The notes beneath the pieces were generated by a model. The model searched no databases. It worked only from the letters and a program-made list of their open reading frames with translations, and was not told the origin of the DNA. Positions 34,168 through 50,600 of a stretch of 64,000 nt of DNA are shown here, piece after piece (positions within the stretch are counted from its first letter, which is position 1; every line of letters begins with the position of its first letter). Origin of the DNA: a phage; the NCBI GenBank assembly GCA_024683775.1, contig GCA_024683775.1_4106.1; one strand, written 5' to 3'. A program made the translations under genes and the position numbers.

Positions 34168-34711
34168 ACAAATGAAACAAGACCTATATACAATTCGTGC
34201 ACTAGAAAGTAAAGGCTACTCCTTAGATGAAGTAATCAAACTAAGTGATGAAGAAATTGACAAACTACAACTTTCAAATAAACTTCTAGTTAATATTAAA
34301 GATTATAAATCTCGCGGTGCAAAACCAGTAGAAGTAATCAAAGAGAAAATTGCTGAAGATATTAGTGTTGATGAAGTATCTCGTAATGTTGCACCAGAAG
34401 TAATCGAATCATATGTAGTAGATACTGAAGAACAAATTAAAGTATCTGAAGAAGTACAAGTAATCGCTGAAGAACTAGCACCTGTTGTTGAAGAAGAAGA
34501 CGTTGTTGTTATTGAACGTGTTGAAGCTTCAAAAGAAGATTTGGATATTATCAAAGAAGCACTAAAAACCAAAGAACTAAAAAGTGTTGCAAACTATGTA
34601 AAACACTTGAAATCCCTAGTTCCTGAATCAATTCTTTCTTCCGTTGATAGCTCTGTTGTATCTCAACTAATCAATGAGCGTATTGCTGAAGTTAAAGAAA
34701 ACGCTAAATAA
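34154..34711 (+). CDS. hypothetical acidic protein
   Basis: 185-aa ORF from ATG 34154. Confidence 0.4.
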   Translation: MEQHKQMKQDLYTIRALESKGYSLDEVIKLSDEEIDKLQLSNKLLVNIKDYKSRGAKPVEVIKEKIAEDISVDEVSRNVAPEVIESYVVDTEEQIKVSEEVQVIAEELAPVVEEEDVVVIERVEASKEDLDIIKEALKTKELKSVANYVKHLKSLVPESILSSVDSSVVSQLINERIAEVKENAK

Positions 34712-34739
34712 TCCTATAATACTATAGGAGATAGTTTTT

Positions 34740-35321
34740 ATGGCACAACAACAAATTGCGTTACAGCAAGTAAGAACTGGTAAGCAACGTGACTTACCAG
34801 ACGCGTTGGAAAAAGGCCAGATAGGATTCAGTACTGATGTGGGTCGTGTATTCATCGGCCTACCTTCCTCATCAGACCCAGCAAGCTTAGTTGCTGGGCG
34901 TACATGGGAAACTGATCCAAACTCTGGTAAAGAGAACGTGGAAATAATTACCGAATTCTCACCGTGGAGAACGGTATCCAAAATCATCAACCGTCCATTT
35001 GAAGTAGACATTCCACAAAACCAAGAGAGTGTTGAAGTTATTATTGAAAGTGAAAGTCGTGTATTCATCGACTACATCGCGTATAATAGCAATGAGACTA
35101 TTTTAGAATCAGGCACAGTGCAAATTGTTGCTGCTGGTTCTTCAACTATGATTGCACAGTCAAATAACACAAGCCGTACTGATGCAATTTTATCTATTCT
35201 GTTTAGTAATCCAGTTTATGATTCAAGTACTGGAAATATGCAATTTGACATAGTTAATGCGGATTATTTAAATTCAGGATACCACATAGAATTTGTATAT
35301 CGTGGGTGGGACAAACCTTAA
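34740..35321 (+). CDS. hypothetical protein
   Basis: 193-aa ORF with GGAG RBS. Confidence 0.45.
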   Translation: MAQQQIALQQVRTGKQRDLPDALEKGQIGFSTDVGRVFIGLPSSSDPASLVAGRTWETDPNSGKENVEIITEFSPWRTVSKIINRPFEVDIPQNQESVEVIIESESRVFIDYIAYNSNETILESGTVQIVAAGSSTMIAQSNNTSRTDAILSILFSNPVYDSSTGNMQFDIVNADYLNSGYHIEFVYRGWDKP

Positions 35322-35340
35322 AAGGCGTCCCGCCTTTTTC
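35321..35340 (+). terminator. short hairpin plus T-run
   Basis: AAAGGCG-TCC-CGCCTTT followed by TTTTC. Confidence 0.4.
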
Positions 35341-35387
35341 TTCCACAAAATTTAAGAACTGTATAAACAATATAACAAGGATGACAC

Positions 35388-37706
35388 ATGATTAACGTAA
35401 CCAAGCGTAATGGAAAAAAAGAACCGTTATCTTTGGATAAGATCCATCAAATTTTATTTTTTGCTGCCGAAGGGCTGAGTGGTGTATCTGTTTCCGAAAT
35501 TGAAATTCGTGCACAACTTCAATTCTTTGAAGGTATTGAAACAAATACTATTCATGATATTCTGATTAAATCAGCAGCAGAACTTATTTCTGAAGATACA
35601 CCAAACTACCAATACGTTGCTGGTCGCTTACTAAATTATAGTATCCGTAAGCAAGTGTATGGTGACTATGACCCTATCAAGTACACTGCACATCTACAAG
35701 AAATGGTAGATACAAAAATCTATGATCCAGAAATTCTTGAGAAATACACACTTCAAGAAATTGAAGAGCTTGGACGTTACATCAAACATAAACGTGATGA
35801 TAAATTCACTTATGTTGCTATGCGTCAGTGGGAAGGAAAGTATCTATATAAGAATCGCGTAACTAAGAAAATCTACGAAACTCCACAAATGGCATATATG
35901 ACCATTGCAGCAATCATCTTTATGGAGTATGATCGCTCTGTACGTATGTCTTATGTTAAGAAGTTTTATGATGCTGTTAGTAACTTTGATATCAGTCTCC
36001 CGACTCCTATCATGGCTGGTCTACGTACCAATACACGTCAGTTTAGTTCTTGTGTAGTACTAAACGTTGGGGATAGTCTAGATAGTATTGGTTCTTCTAA
36101 CCACGCTATCCTACGTTATATTTCCCGTAAAGCTGGACTTGGTATCAATATGGGCCGCATTCGTGCTCTGGACTCCGAGATTCGTTCAGGTGATGCAGTA
36201 CACACTGGTTTGATTCCTTTCATTGCATCAACTGCTAAGACCGTTAAAAGCTGCTCTCAAGGTGGTGTACGTGGTGGTGCAGCAACAGTCCACTTCCCAT
36301 TGTGGCATTTGGAATTTGACAATCTTGTAGTACTGAAAAATAACAAAGGTACTGAGTTCAACCGTGTTCGACAACTTGACTATTGTTTCCAAGTGAACAA
36401 AACACTATATCAACGTTTAGTTGATGGCAAGAATATTACATTCTTTAGTCCTAATGAAGTTCCTGGGCTATATGAAGCATTCTGTTCTAACCAAAAAGAA
36501 TTTGAAAAGCTGTACAAGAAGTATGAAGCTGATCCAAGCATTCGTAAAAAATCTGTATCTGCTGTTGAAGTATTCAGTACTCTAATGACTGAACGTGCAG
36601 AAACTGGTCGTATCTATATTCAAAACATTGACCATGCAAACACACACTCAACCTTTATTGAATCAATTGCACCAATTGAACAATCCAACTTGTGTCAAGA
36701 AATCGCACTACCATCTGTGCCATTTGATGATATTAATACTGGTGAAGGTTTGATTAGTCTATGTACTTTGAGTGCAATCAACTGGGGTAACTTTGATCGT
36801 CCAGAAGATATGGAAACTGCTTGTGATCTTTCTGTACGTGCTCTTGATTCTCTATTGGATTATCAAGACTACCCAGTAGTTCATGCTGACCGTGCAACTA
36901 AAATGTATCGCCCATTAGGTGTTGGTATAATTAACTTTGCATACTTCCTTGCTAAACGTGGTTTGCGTTACAATGAAGCTGCATTGGAAACAGTTAACGA
37001 GTGGGCTGAAGCATGGTCTTATTATCTAATTAAATCTTCTGTTCAGCTTGCTAAAGAGAAAGGTAAGTGTGAAGGTTTTGACACACTAAAATATGCTAAA
37101 GGTATTTTACCAATTGATACCTATAAAGAAGATATTGATGCGTTGGTATCTCCTGAACTAAAACAAGATTGGGAAACATTGCGTCAGGATATCAAACAAT
37201 ATGGTATTCGTAACGCAACAACTATGGCACTGATGCCAGCAGAAACTAGTGCACAAATCAGTAACAGTACTAATGGTATTGAGAAACCTCGTTCACTTGT
37301 AACTAAGAAACTATCTAAAGATGGTATTCTGAAACAAGTAGTTCCTGAAATCAATAAGTTGAAAAACAAATATGATTTATTGTGGGACCAGAAAGATAAC
37401 ATCGGTTATCTACAAATCTGTGGTGTTCTTCAGAAATACATTGACCAAAGTATCAGTGTGAATACCAGTTACAATCCAGCACACTTCCCTGATGGTAAGT
37501 TGCCAATGTCAACACTACTAACTGAATTAATGTATGCATACAAAGTTGGTTTGAAAAATCTGTACTATCATAATACTAATGATGGTTCTGATGAAGTTGA
37601 TGTTGAGAAAGTACTAAAAGAAGCTGCAAAACCAGAATCAGGACAGTTTGTGTTGCCTACACTACCTGACTTAGATGAAGGTGATTGTGATAGTTGTAAG
37701 ATCTAA
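35388..37706 (+). CDS. nrdA: ribonucleotide reductase class I large subunit
   Basis: 772 aa; N-terminal ATP-cone (VTKRNGKKEPLSLDKI), active-site NLCQEIALP, C-terminal Cys pair. Confidence 0.9.
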   Translation: MINVTKRNGKKEPLSLDKIHQILFFAAEGLSGVSVSEIEIRAQLQFFEGIETNTIHDILIKSAAELISEDTPNYQYVAGRLLNYSIRKQVYGDYDPIKYTAHLQEMVDTKIYDPEILEKYTLQEIEELGRYIKHKRDDKFTYVAMRQWEGKYLYKNRVTKKIYETPQMAYMTIAAIIFMEYDRSVRMSYVKKFYDAVSNFDISLPTPIMAGLRTNTRQFSSCVVLNVGDSLDSIGSSNHAILRYISRKAGLGINMGRIRALDSEIRSGDAVHTGLIPFIASTAKTVKSCSQGGVRGGAATVHFPLWHLEFDNLVVLKNNKGTEFNRVRQLDYCFQVNKTLYQRLVDGKNITFFSPNEVPGLYEAFCSNQKEFEKLYKKYEADPSIRKKSVSAVEVFSTLMTERAETGRIYIQNIDHANTHSTFIESIAPIEQSNLCQEIALPSVPFDDINTGEGLISLCTLSAINWGNFDRPEDMETACDLSVRALDSLLDYQDYPVVHADRATKMYRPLGVGIINFAYFLAKRGLRYNEAALETVNEWAEAWSYYLIKSSVQLAKEKGKCEGFDTLKYAKGILPIDTYKEDIDALVSPELKQDWETLRQDIKQYGIRNATTMALMPAETSAQISNSTNGIEKPRSLVTKKLSKDGILKQVVPEINKLKNKYDLLWDQKDNIGYLQICGVLQKYIDQSISVNTSYNPAHFPDGKLPMSTLLTELMYAYKVGLKNLYYHNTNDGSDEVDVEKVLKEAAKPESGQFVLPTLPDLDEGDCDSCKI

Positions 37707-37710
37707 TTAA

Positions 37711-37737
37711 AGATCCCGCTTCGGCGGGATTTATTTC
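37711..37737 (+). terminator. rho-independent terminator (TTCG tetraloop)
   Basis: ATCCCGC-TTCG-GCGGGAT then TTATTT. Confidence 0.65.
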
Positions 37738-37751
37738 ATAGGAGTGATATA

Positions 37752-38525
37752 ATGAAAGTTGACTATCGTAGTCCAATAGATATTGGATTCATAGAAGAAT
37801 TTTGGGATGATCTTGATATGGATATGATTGTTCGCTATCAAAAACTCCCACAAGACTTTATAAAAAAACATTTTGATAAAATGAACCCTAATATGTTAGC
37901 TCGATATCAAACAATGACAACTGATTTTCTTAAAGAAAAGTGGGAGTGGTTTGATAAAAATGTTATTGCACAATATGTAGTCATGCCAATGGAATTGATT
38001 ATGGAAAAATGGAATGACTTCAAAGATAACTTTCTGGATACTGTTGCTAAGTATCAAAAACTAACACAAGATTTTATTCAAGACAAATGGAATGACCTTG
38101 TTGAATTTAGAGATGGTGTAATGTCGGAAATTTCCAGATACCAAAAACTAACACTTGATTTCATTAAAGATAAATGGGATTATATTGATAAGAACTATAT
38201 TTCATATTATCAAACTTTAACGGTTGATTTTATCAAAGATAATATTACTGCATTAAATGTTGCAGCAGTATCCGCATTTCAAATACTATCGGATGATATA
38301 CGCTCATTGATGGGGTTAGAAGCACCAGCAAAAACTATTACGGGTAATCAAATACTCGCGTTGGACCCATGTGCCGATGGTATGGCTCGATACAATGCTC
38401 ATACACCTGACAATAATACAGTTTTGACATGGAATGAACTACTTACACTACACTTGGGTTCACAAGAAGGAATTAGTGATATCCATTGGCTATCATATAA
38501 ATTGGGTCATAAAATTAATACATAA
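37752..38525 (+). CDS. tandem-repeat protein (about seven ~24-aa YQxLTxDFIxDKW repeats)
   Basis: Repeats RYQKLPQDFIKKHF, RYQTMTTDFLKEKW, KYQKLTQDFIQDKW, RYQKLTLDFIKDKW, YYQTLTVDFIKDN. Confidence 0.5.
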   Translation: MKVDYRSPIDIGFIEEFWDDLDMDMIVRYQKLPQDFIKKHFDKMNPNMLARYQTMTTDFLKEKWEWFDKNVIAQYVVMPMELIMEKWNDFKDNFLDTVAKYQKLTQDFIQDKWNDLVEFRDGVMSEISRYQKLTLDFIKDKWDYIDKNYISYYQTLTVDFIKDNITALNVAAVSAFQILSDDIRSLMGLEAPAKTITGNQILALDPCADGMARYNAHTPDNNTVLTWNELLTLHLGSQEGISDIHWLSYKLGHKINT

Positions 38526-38537
38526 AGGAATATATAT

Positions 38538-39662
38538 ATGTCAGTTTTCAAAATTAATGAGAAGTCTCACCTAGAAAAGAATATGTTTTTTGATGAAAGT
38601 GTTGATATTCAACGATTTGAAAGTAACAAATACTCTACACTTGAAAAACTAACTGAACAACAGAAAAGTTTCTTCTGGACACCAGGTGAAGTTGACGTAT
38701 CTAAAGATAAAATTGATTTTGCTAACCTCAATGATTCTGAGAAGCATATCTTTACATCAAACTTAAAACGTCAAATCCTTCTTGATTCAGTTCAAGGTCG
38801 TGGTCCTAATCTAATGCTACTGCCATATGCATCTCTACCTGAACTTGAAAACTTTATTGAAACATGGGCGTTCTTTGAAGGTGCTATTCATAGTAAATCA
38901 TATACACATATTATTCGTAACATTTATCCTAATCCATCTGAAGTTTTTGATACTATGTTGGACATTCCAGAAATCACCGATTGTGCTGCTGATGTTTCAA
39001 AATACTATGATGACCTTGATGAACTAGGAACATTGTATCGTGCATTAGGTGAAGGCACTCATACTGTTAATGGTAAAACTATTGAAATTAATATGTATGA
39101 TCTAAAGAAAAAACTATGGTTATGTTTGAATAGTATTAACATTCTTGAAGGTGTTCGTTTTTATGCTAGTTTTGCTTGTTCATGGGCATTTGCAGAGAAC
39201 AACCTCATGGAAGGTAATGCAAAGATTATTCGTCTAATTTGTCGTGATGAAAACCTTCATCTCGCAGCAACACAAATGATTTTACGTCTTCTAAAGAAAG
39301 AAGATCCAGATATGGTAAAAATTGCCGAAGAGTGCTATGATGAAGTACTGGAAATGTTTATGTCTGCTATTCGCCAAGAAGAAGCATGGGCAGATTTCCT
39401 CTTTAAAGATGGTTCTATTATTGGATTGAACTCTGAAATTCTTAAACAGTATGTTCGCTGGATTGGTTCTAAGCGTATGACTGCACTTGGTATCAAATGT
39501 CCATATACTGTATCCAAGAGTAACCCACTACCGTGGACTGAACACTGGGTAAGTGGTAGTTCTGTACAGGTAGCACCACAAGAAACTGAAATCAGTTCTT
39601 ATATCATTGGTGGTATTGTGAATGATATCCAAGGAGATACATTCTCGCCATTTAAACTATAA
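38538..39662 (+). CDS. nrdB: ribonucleotide reductase class I small subunit
   Basis: 374 aa, length and ferritin-like helical pattern of R2; adjacent to nrdA. Confidence 0.8.
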   Translation: MSVFKINEKSHLEKNMFFDESVDIQRFESNKYSTLEKLTEQQKSFFWTPGEVDVSKDKIDFANLNDSEKHIFTSNLKRQILLDSVQGRGPNLMLLPYASLPELENFIETWAFFEGAIHSKSYTHIIRNIYPNPSEVFDTMLDIPEITDCAADVSKYYDDLDELGTLYRALGEGTHTVNGKTIEINMYDLKKKLWLCLNSINILEGVRFYASFACSWAFAENNLMEGNAKIIRLICRDENLHLAATQMILRLLKKEDPDMVKIAEECYDEVLEMFMSAIRQEEAWADFLFKDGSIIGLNSEILKQYVRWIGSKRMTALGIKCPYTVSKSNPLPWTEHWVSGSSVQVAPQETEISSYIIGGIVNDIQGDTFSPFKL

Positions 39663-39674
39663 AATAAAACTAAC

Positions 39675-39699
39675 AGGGATTCTATGAATCCCTTTTCTT
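39675..39699 (+). terminator. rho-independent terminator
   Basis: AGGGATTC-TAT-GAATCCCT then TTTCTTA. Confidence 0.5.
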
Positions 39700-39710
39700 A
39701 TGGAATTTAT

Positions 39711-39875
39711 ATGAGTGATATTTTTACAATTGAGCGTAATGTTATCTATGACTTCTACCTAACTGGTGGATTTAAGGTAACTGGTGCAGTATCTGATGTT
39801 TGTCCCAATGGCCTTGTACTGGTAGATGGTACTAGAGTCGTTCAGGCACACATTGTCATGTTTGTACCAACCTAA
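39711..39875 (+). CDS. hypothetical small protein
   Basis: 54-aa ORF from ATG 39711; the track start at 39684 lies inside the terminator hairpin. Confidence 0.3.
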   Translation: MSDIFTIERNVIYDFYLTGGFKVTGAVSDVCPNGLVLVDGTRVVQAHIVMFVPT

Positions 39876-39881
39876 TAAAAT

Positions 39882-39911
39882 TTAGGACAAACACCAGAAC
39901 TGTGCTATAAT
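39882..39911 (+). promoter_or_regulatory. promoter with GGACAAAC box
   Basis: ttaGGACAAACac at 39882-39894, 18-nt spacer, tgcTATAAT with TATAAT at 39906-39911. Confidence 0.45.
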
Positions 39912-39913
39912 GA

Positions 39914-42774
<2,861 letters not shown>

Positions 42775-42851
42775 AATCTTATTGTTATTTTTATAAAGTA
42801 TTTACCCAAATTTACGTTTTTTTGATAGTTTATATGGAGTTAAAGTAATAA

Positions 42852-44160
<1,309 letters not shown>

Positions 44161-44182
44161 AGTGTAATAATCAGTCGAGGGA

Positions 44183-45526
44183 ATGATGAGTAAAATCAAG
44201 CTTACGGATAAGCAACAAGAAATTTTTGATAATTTTGTAGATCGTGTTTATAATTATGCAGGTAAAACTATATCTGTACTGTCAGCACCAGCGGGTACAG
44301 GTAAAACTTTCACTACTGCTGAGATTGTTAAAGCACTATGTAAAAATTACAATATTGCAGTAACATCGCCAACACACAAGGCAAACTCTGTTATTCGCAA
44401 TATGCTAATCAACAATGCTGGGTTAACTAAAGAAGATGCACAGGTTAGTACTATTCACTCATTTCTAGGTTTAAAACTAGTATATGAAAAGAATCGTCAA
44501 GTACTGAAGCATGACCCACAAAGTAAAGTTAGTAATACTAATGTTGATATTCTAATTGTCGATGAATGTAGTATGATTTCAGAAGAACTGTTTCAACACA
44601 TTCAGGATCAATTGTGGCGTGTTCGCCGAGCGGTTTTATTCATCGGTGATCGCTGTCAGTTGCCTCCAGTTGAATCAGAAGGAACAATAGGAGAAACTAA
44701 GCTTTCCCCTACTTTTGATGTTCCAGTACAATATGAATTAACAGAAGTTTTACGTCAAGCGTTGGATAACCCTATACTTGCAATTGCAACTGCAATTCGT
44801 GAGTGCATAGGTACTTCCAAGAACCCGTTTGATATTATGCACCAGACACATGGTTTGAGTACTATTACACCAATTGAAGATGAAGATCTTTTCTTGGAAG
44901 TTTACCGTGAATTTATTATGGAGAACAAAGGTTCAGCTAAGAAGATATTTGATTTTGTTAATGAAAATAAAATTTTGGCATACACTAACTACCGTGTGAA
45001 CTTGGCTAACATCTACATTCGTAGCCAATTGTTTGAAGTACCAGAGGAATTCACAAAAGGTGAACCGATTGTATTTGAAAGTATCACTGAGAACAGTCCA
45101 TATGTGGTCCAGCAAATCATCCAATGTCCTGATGTGAAAACCGAAAGTTTCATGGGGATTGACTGTTGGCAATTCCGTTTACCAAATGGTAGCTACATCT
45201 TAGGTGTAGGGCCAGAAACGAGAATTGCAATGGAAACTAAACTTGATGAACTAGTTAAAAACATTGAGAAAAAAGAAATCAACCCATTGACAAAGAAACC
45301 ATATATGTGGCAAGATTACTATGTGATTAAAAACAAATTACATATTATCAACTATCCTTATGCAACAACTGTTCACAAATCACAAGGAAGTACATTCGAT
45401 AACATCTGGTTTGATACTGATTTTATTGAGCGTATTGGCACTAATGATACAAAATGTAGAATCCTATATACTGCAATGACACGACCGCGTTATAATGTTA
45501 TGTTGCGTCAAAATGCACGATTCTAA
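44183..45526 (+). CDS. dda: SF1 helicase Dda-like
   Basis: Walker A SAPAGTGKTF, Walker B ILIVDECSM, 447 aa. Confidence 0.75.
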   Translation: MMSKIKLTDKQQEIFDNFVDRVYNYAGKTISVLSAPAGTGKTFTTAEIVKALCKNYNIAVTSPTHKANSVIRNMLINNAGLTKEDAQVSTIHSFLGLKLVYEKNRQVLKHDPQSKVSNTNVDILIVDECSMISEELFQHIQDQLWRVRRAVLFIGDRCQLPPVESEGTIGETKLSPTFDVPVQYELTEVLRQALDNPILAIATAIRECIGTSKNPFDIMHQTHGLSTITPIEDEDLFLEVYREFIMENKGSAKKIFDFVNENKILAYTNYRVNLANIYIRSQLFEVPEEFTKGEPIVFESITENSPYVVQQIIQCPDVKTESFMGIDCWQFRLPNGSYILGVGPETRIAMETKLDELVKNIEKKEINPLTKKPYMWQDYYVIKNKLHIINYPYATTVHKSQGSTFDNIWFDTDFIERIGTNDTKCRILYTAMTRPRYNVMLRQNARF

Positions 45527-45565
45527 TAGACTAAATGATATACACAAATAATTTTGATTCTTAAC

Positions 45566-45577
45566 AATAAATAATCA
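45566..45577 (+). promoter_or_regulatory. late-promoter-like element caATAAATAATc
   Basis: ATAAATAAT 33 nt upstream of ATG 45610. Confidence 0.35.
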
Positions 45578-45609
45578 AAAGTGTTTTGTATTATGGAGAA
45601 GAATATACA

Positions 45610-46176
45610 ATGAACAATTTACTACAAGTATTCAAAATTGAAGTTGCAGGGACAAATCTAGATAATATTCCTTATTATATGTATGAAGATTATGATTCAT
45701 CTTCCCCAACAACTGCACCAACCGACCAACAAACAATTGACAAGTCTGTAGCACTACTACGTTACCTACAGGTTACACGTCTACTATCAACATATTCTGT
45801 TCCAGTGTATTGTACTGTTGAATTTGCTACCCCAGGCACAGCAGCAACTATTCCAACTGGTGCAACCATCAATGTTGGTTATATCAGCTACGAGCCATTC
45901 CTAAGCACTCTAAGTGTTGAAGAACAAGCTGCACTAACCACTGTTGATCTTAAAACTGCTAAAGCAGCAGAAGTTATTCAAGAGTTGCTAAACGAATCCC
46001 TAAAAGGTGACGGTACTAACGCAATTGAGAATGAAGAAATTTCTGTTCAGAAAACAATCCAACGTGTTAAAGATGCACTATCTACCACCACTGTTGATTT
46101 CATTGAGTACGAGAATGTGTACCTAAACGTACCTTCTATTACTGATGCTTCTGTAGTTTCTTACGTAAAATTATAA
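45610..46176 (+). CDS. hypothetical late protein (possible structural)
   Basis: 188-aa Thr/Ala/Val-rich ORF from ATG 45610. Confidence 0.4.
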   Translation: MNNLLQVFKIEVAGTNLDNIPYYMYEDYDSSSPTTAPTDQQTIDKSVALLRYLQVTRLLSTYSVPVYCTVEFATPGTAATIPTGATINVGYISYEPFLSTLSVEEQAALTTVDLKTAKAAEVIQELLNESLKGDGTNAIENEEISVQKTIQRVKDALSTTTVDFIEYENVYLNVPSITDASVVSYVKL

Positions 46177-46199
46177 TTTAACCACATGGAGTTCTTGAC

Positions 46200-46394
46200 A
46201 TGACTGACAAAACCTTTTATGATCGTATTATTGAAGACAAGGGTGTTTTCGATAAAGTTGTTTATGACTTAGAACTTATGATCAAAGACGCACCAAATCC
46301 ACGCGTGCGTACTCAAGCAGAGTTTGCTAAAACTTATCTAGTGCAAGTTCAAGCAATCTGTGAAGCAATTAAAAAACATAATGATAGTGCTTGA
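46200..46394 (+). CDS. hypothetical small protein
   Basis: 64-aa ORF. Confidence 0.35.
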   Translation: MTDKTFYDRIIEDKGVFDKVVYDLELMIKDAPNPRVRTQAEFAKTYLVQVQAICEAIKKHNDSA

Positions 46395-46419
46395 CAGAAC
46401 ATTAGTTCTTAACTATAAT
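46391..46419 (+). promoter_or_regulatory. consensus sigma70 promoter (TTGACA, 17-bp spacer, TATAAT)
   Basis: TTGACA at 46391-46396, TATAAT at 46414-46419, about 45 nt upstream of the IF3-like ATG. Confidence 0.6.
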
Positions 46420-46463
46420 TACTATCGAATTGAACATTAAAACCATATCGGAGCTTTTATTAC

Positions 46464-47526
<1,063 letters not shown>

Positions 47527-47539
47527 CAGTATATAACCT

Positions 47540-49706
<2,167 letters not shown>

Positions 49707-49707
<1 letters not shown>

Positions 49708-50501
49708 TGCCAAGTAAAAGTAAAAGTCAAGCGAAATTCTTCGCTGCTGCTGCCCATAATCCTGAATTCGCCAAAAAAGCAGGGATTTCACAAAGTGCAG
49801 CAAAAGAGTGGAATGCAGCCGATGAAAAAGAGGGAAATCTTAAGAAAGGTTCAAAACTCCCTAATAAAGTAAAAGAATCTAGTATGCGTGGTTTGGTTGA
49901 TATTGTACAAGATGCAGAATTAGCTGATACAGAAGACAGAACTAGTGATATAATGGATTCATGTGAAGAAGACCATAAAGAGAAATTGGAAGAAATGCCA
50001 CAACGTTTCGATAGTTTCCAAGGCCAAGACCGTGACGAGTTCGTTGACAAAACTGCTGAGATGACAGGTAAGCACAACATGGTTAAGTTCGCAGAACACA
50101 AAGATTATGATGTGTTTATGAATAAGAATGGTACTGGGTTTATTGCCTATGATAAAGCGGGTAAACAGCTTGCTATCGTTAGTGGACATTTGTCGAATGA
50201 TGCAGTGGTTGGTGTACCACAAGTGTTTGAGATTTCTGCTACGGCCTCTAAAACTGGTACTAAAGGTATCATCTATAATATCTTTATGGATATGGTTTCT
50301 CATGGTATTAAAGTACTAAGTGACAGTCTTCACACAGATGATGCAATTAAATTCTGGACCCGATTGATTGGTTCACACCAAGTCTACATTGTGGGTGGTG
50401 GTGAAGTATTGGCTAAGGCTAGTCCAGAGAAGGTTCACAAGTACTGGAGTGATGATGAATTTAGTCCTAGTGCTGAATTACAATTACTTCTGGTAAAATA
50501 A
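49707..50501 (+). CDS. hypothetical protein
   Basis: 264-aa ORF, N-terminus MPSKSKSQAKFFAAAAHNPEF. Confidence 0.45.
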
Positions 50502-50507
50502 TAATTG

Positions 50508-50537
50508 TCGGGGCATTTAATGTCCCGATATTTTTTT
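50508..50537 (+). terminator. rho-independent terminator
   Basis: TCGGGGCAT-TTA-ATGTCCCGA hairpin then TATTTTTTTT. Confidence 0.55.
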
Positions 50538-50565
50538 GAGACAAACAAAGCATTGATGATACAAT
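50536..50565 (+). promoter_or_regulatory. promoter with GAGACAAAC-type -35 box
   Basis: ttGAGACAAACaa at 50536-50548, 18-nt spacer, tgaTACAAT with TACAAT at 50560-50565. Confidence 0.5.
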
Positions 50566-50600
50566 GTTGCATGACAAAGAGACATTAAAAAGGAATTCAA

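Noticed and set aside
35349-35357. TGTATAAAC as a promoter for nrdA
   Set aside because: Only a partial -10-like element with no recognisable -35 or conserved box; may be real but too weak to call.
38538-39662. Group I intron or intein in nrdB, nrdA or the polymerase
   Set aside because: All three ORFs are uninterrupted and of normal length, with no inserted endonuclease-like segment.
39684-39710. ATG at 39684 as start of the small ORF after nrdB
   Set aside because: This ATG sits inside the stem of the nrdB terminator hairpin; the in-frame ATG at 39711 is more plausible, and the ORF itself is weakly supported.
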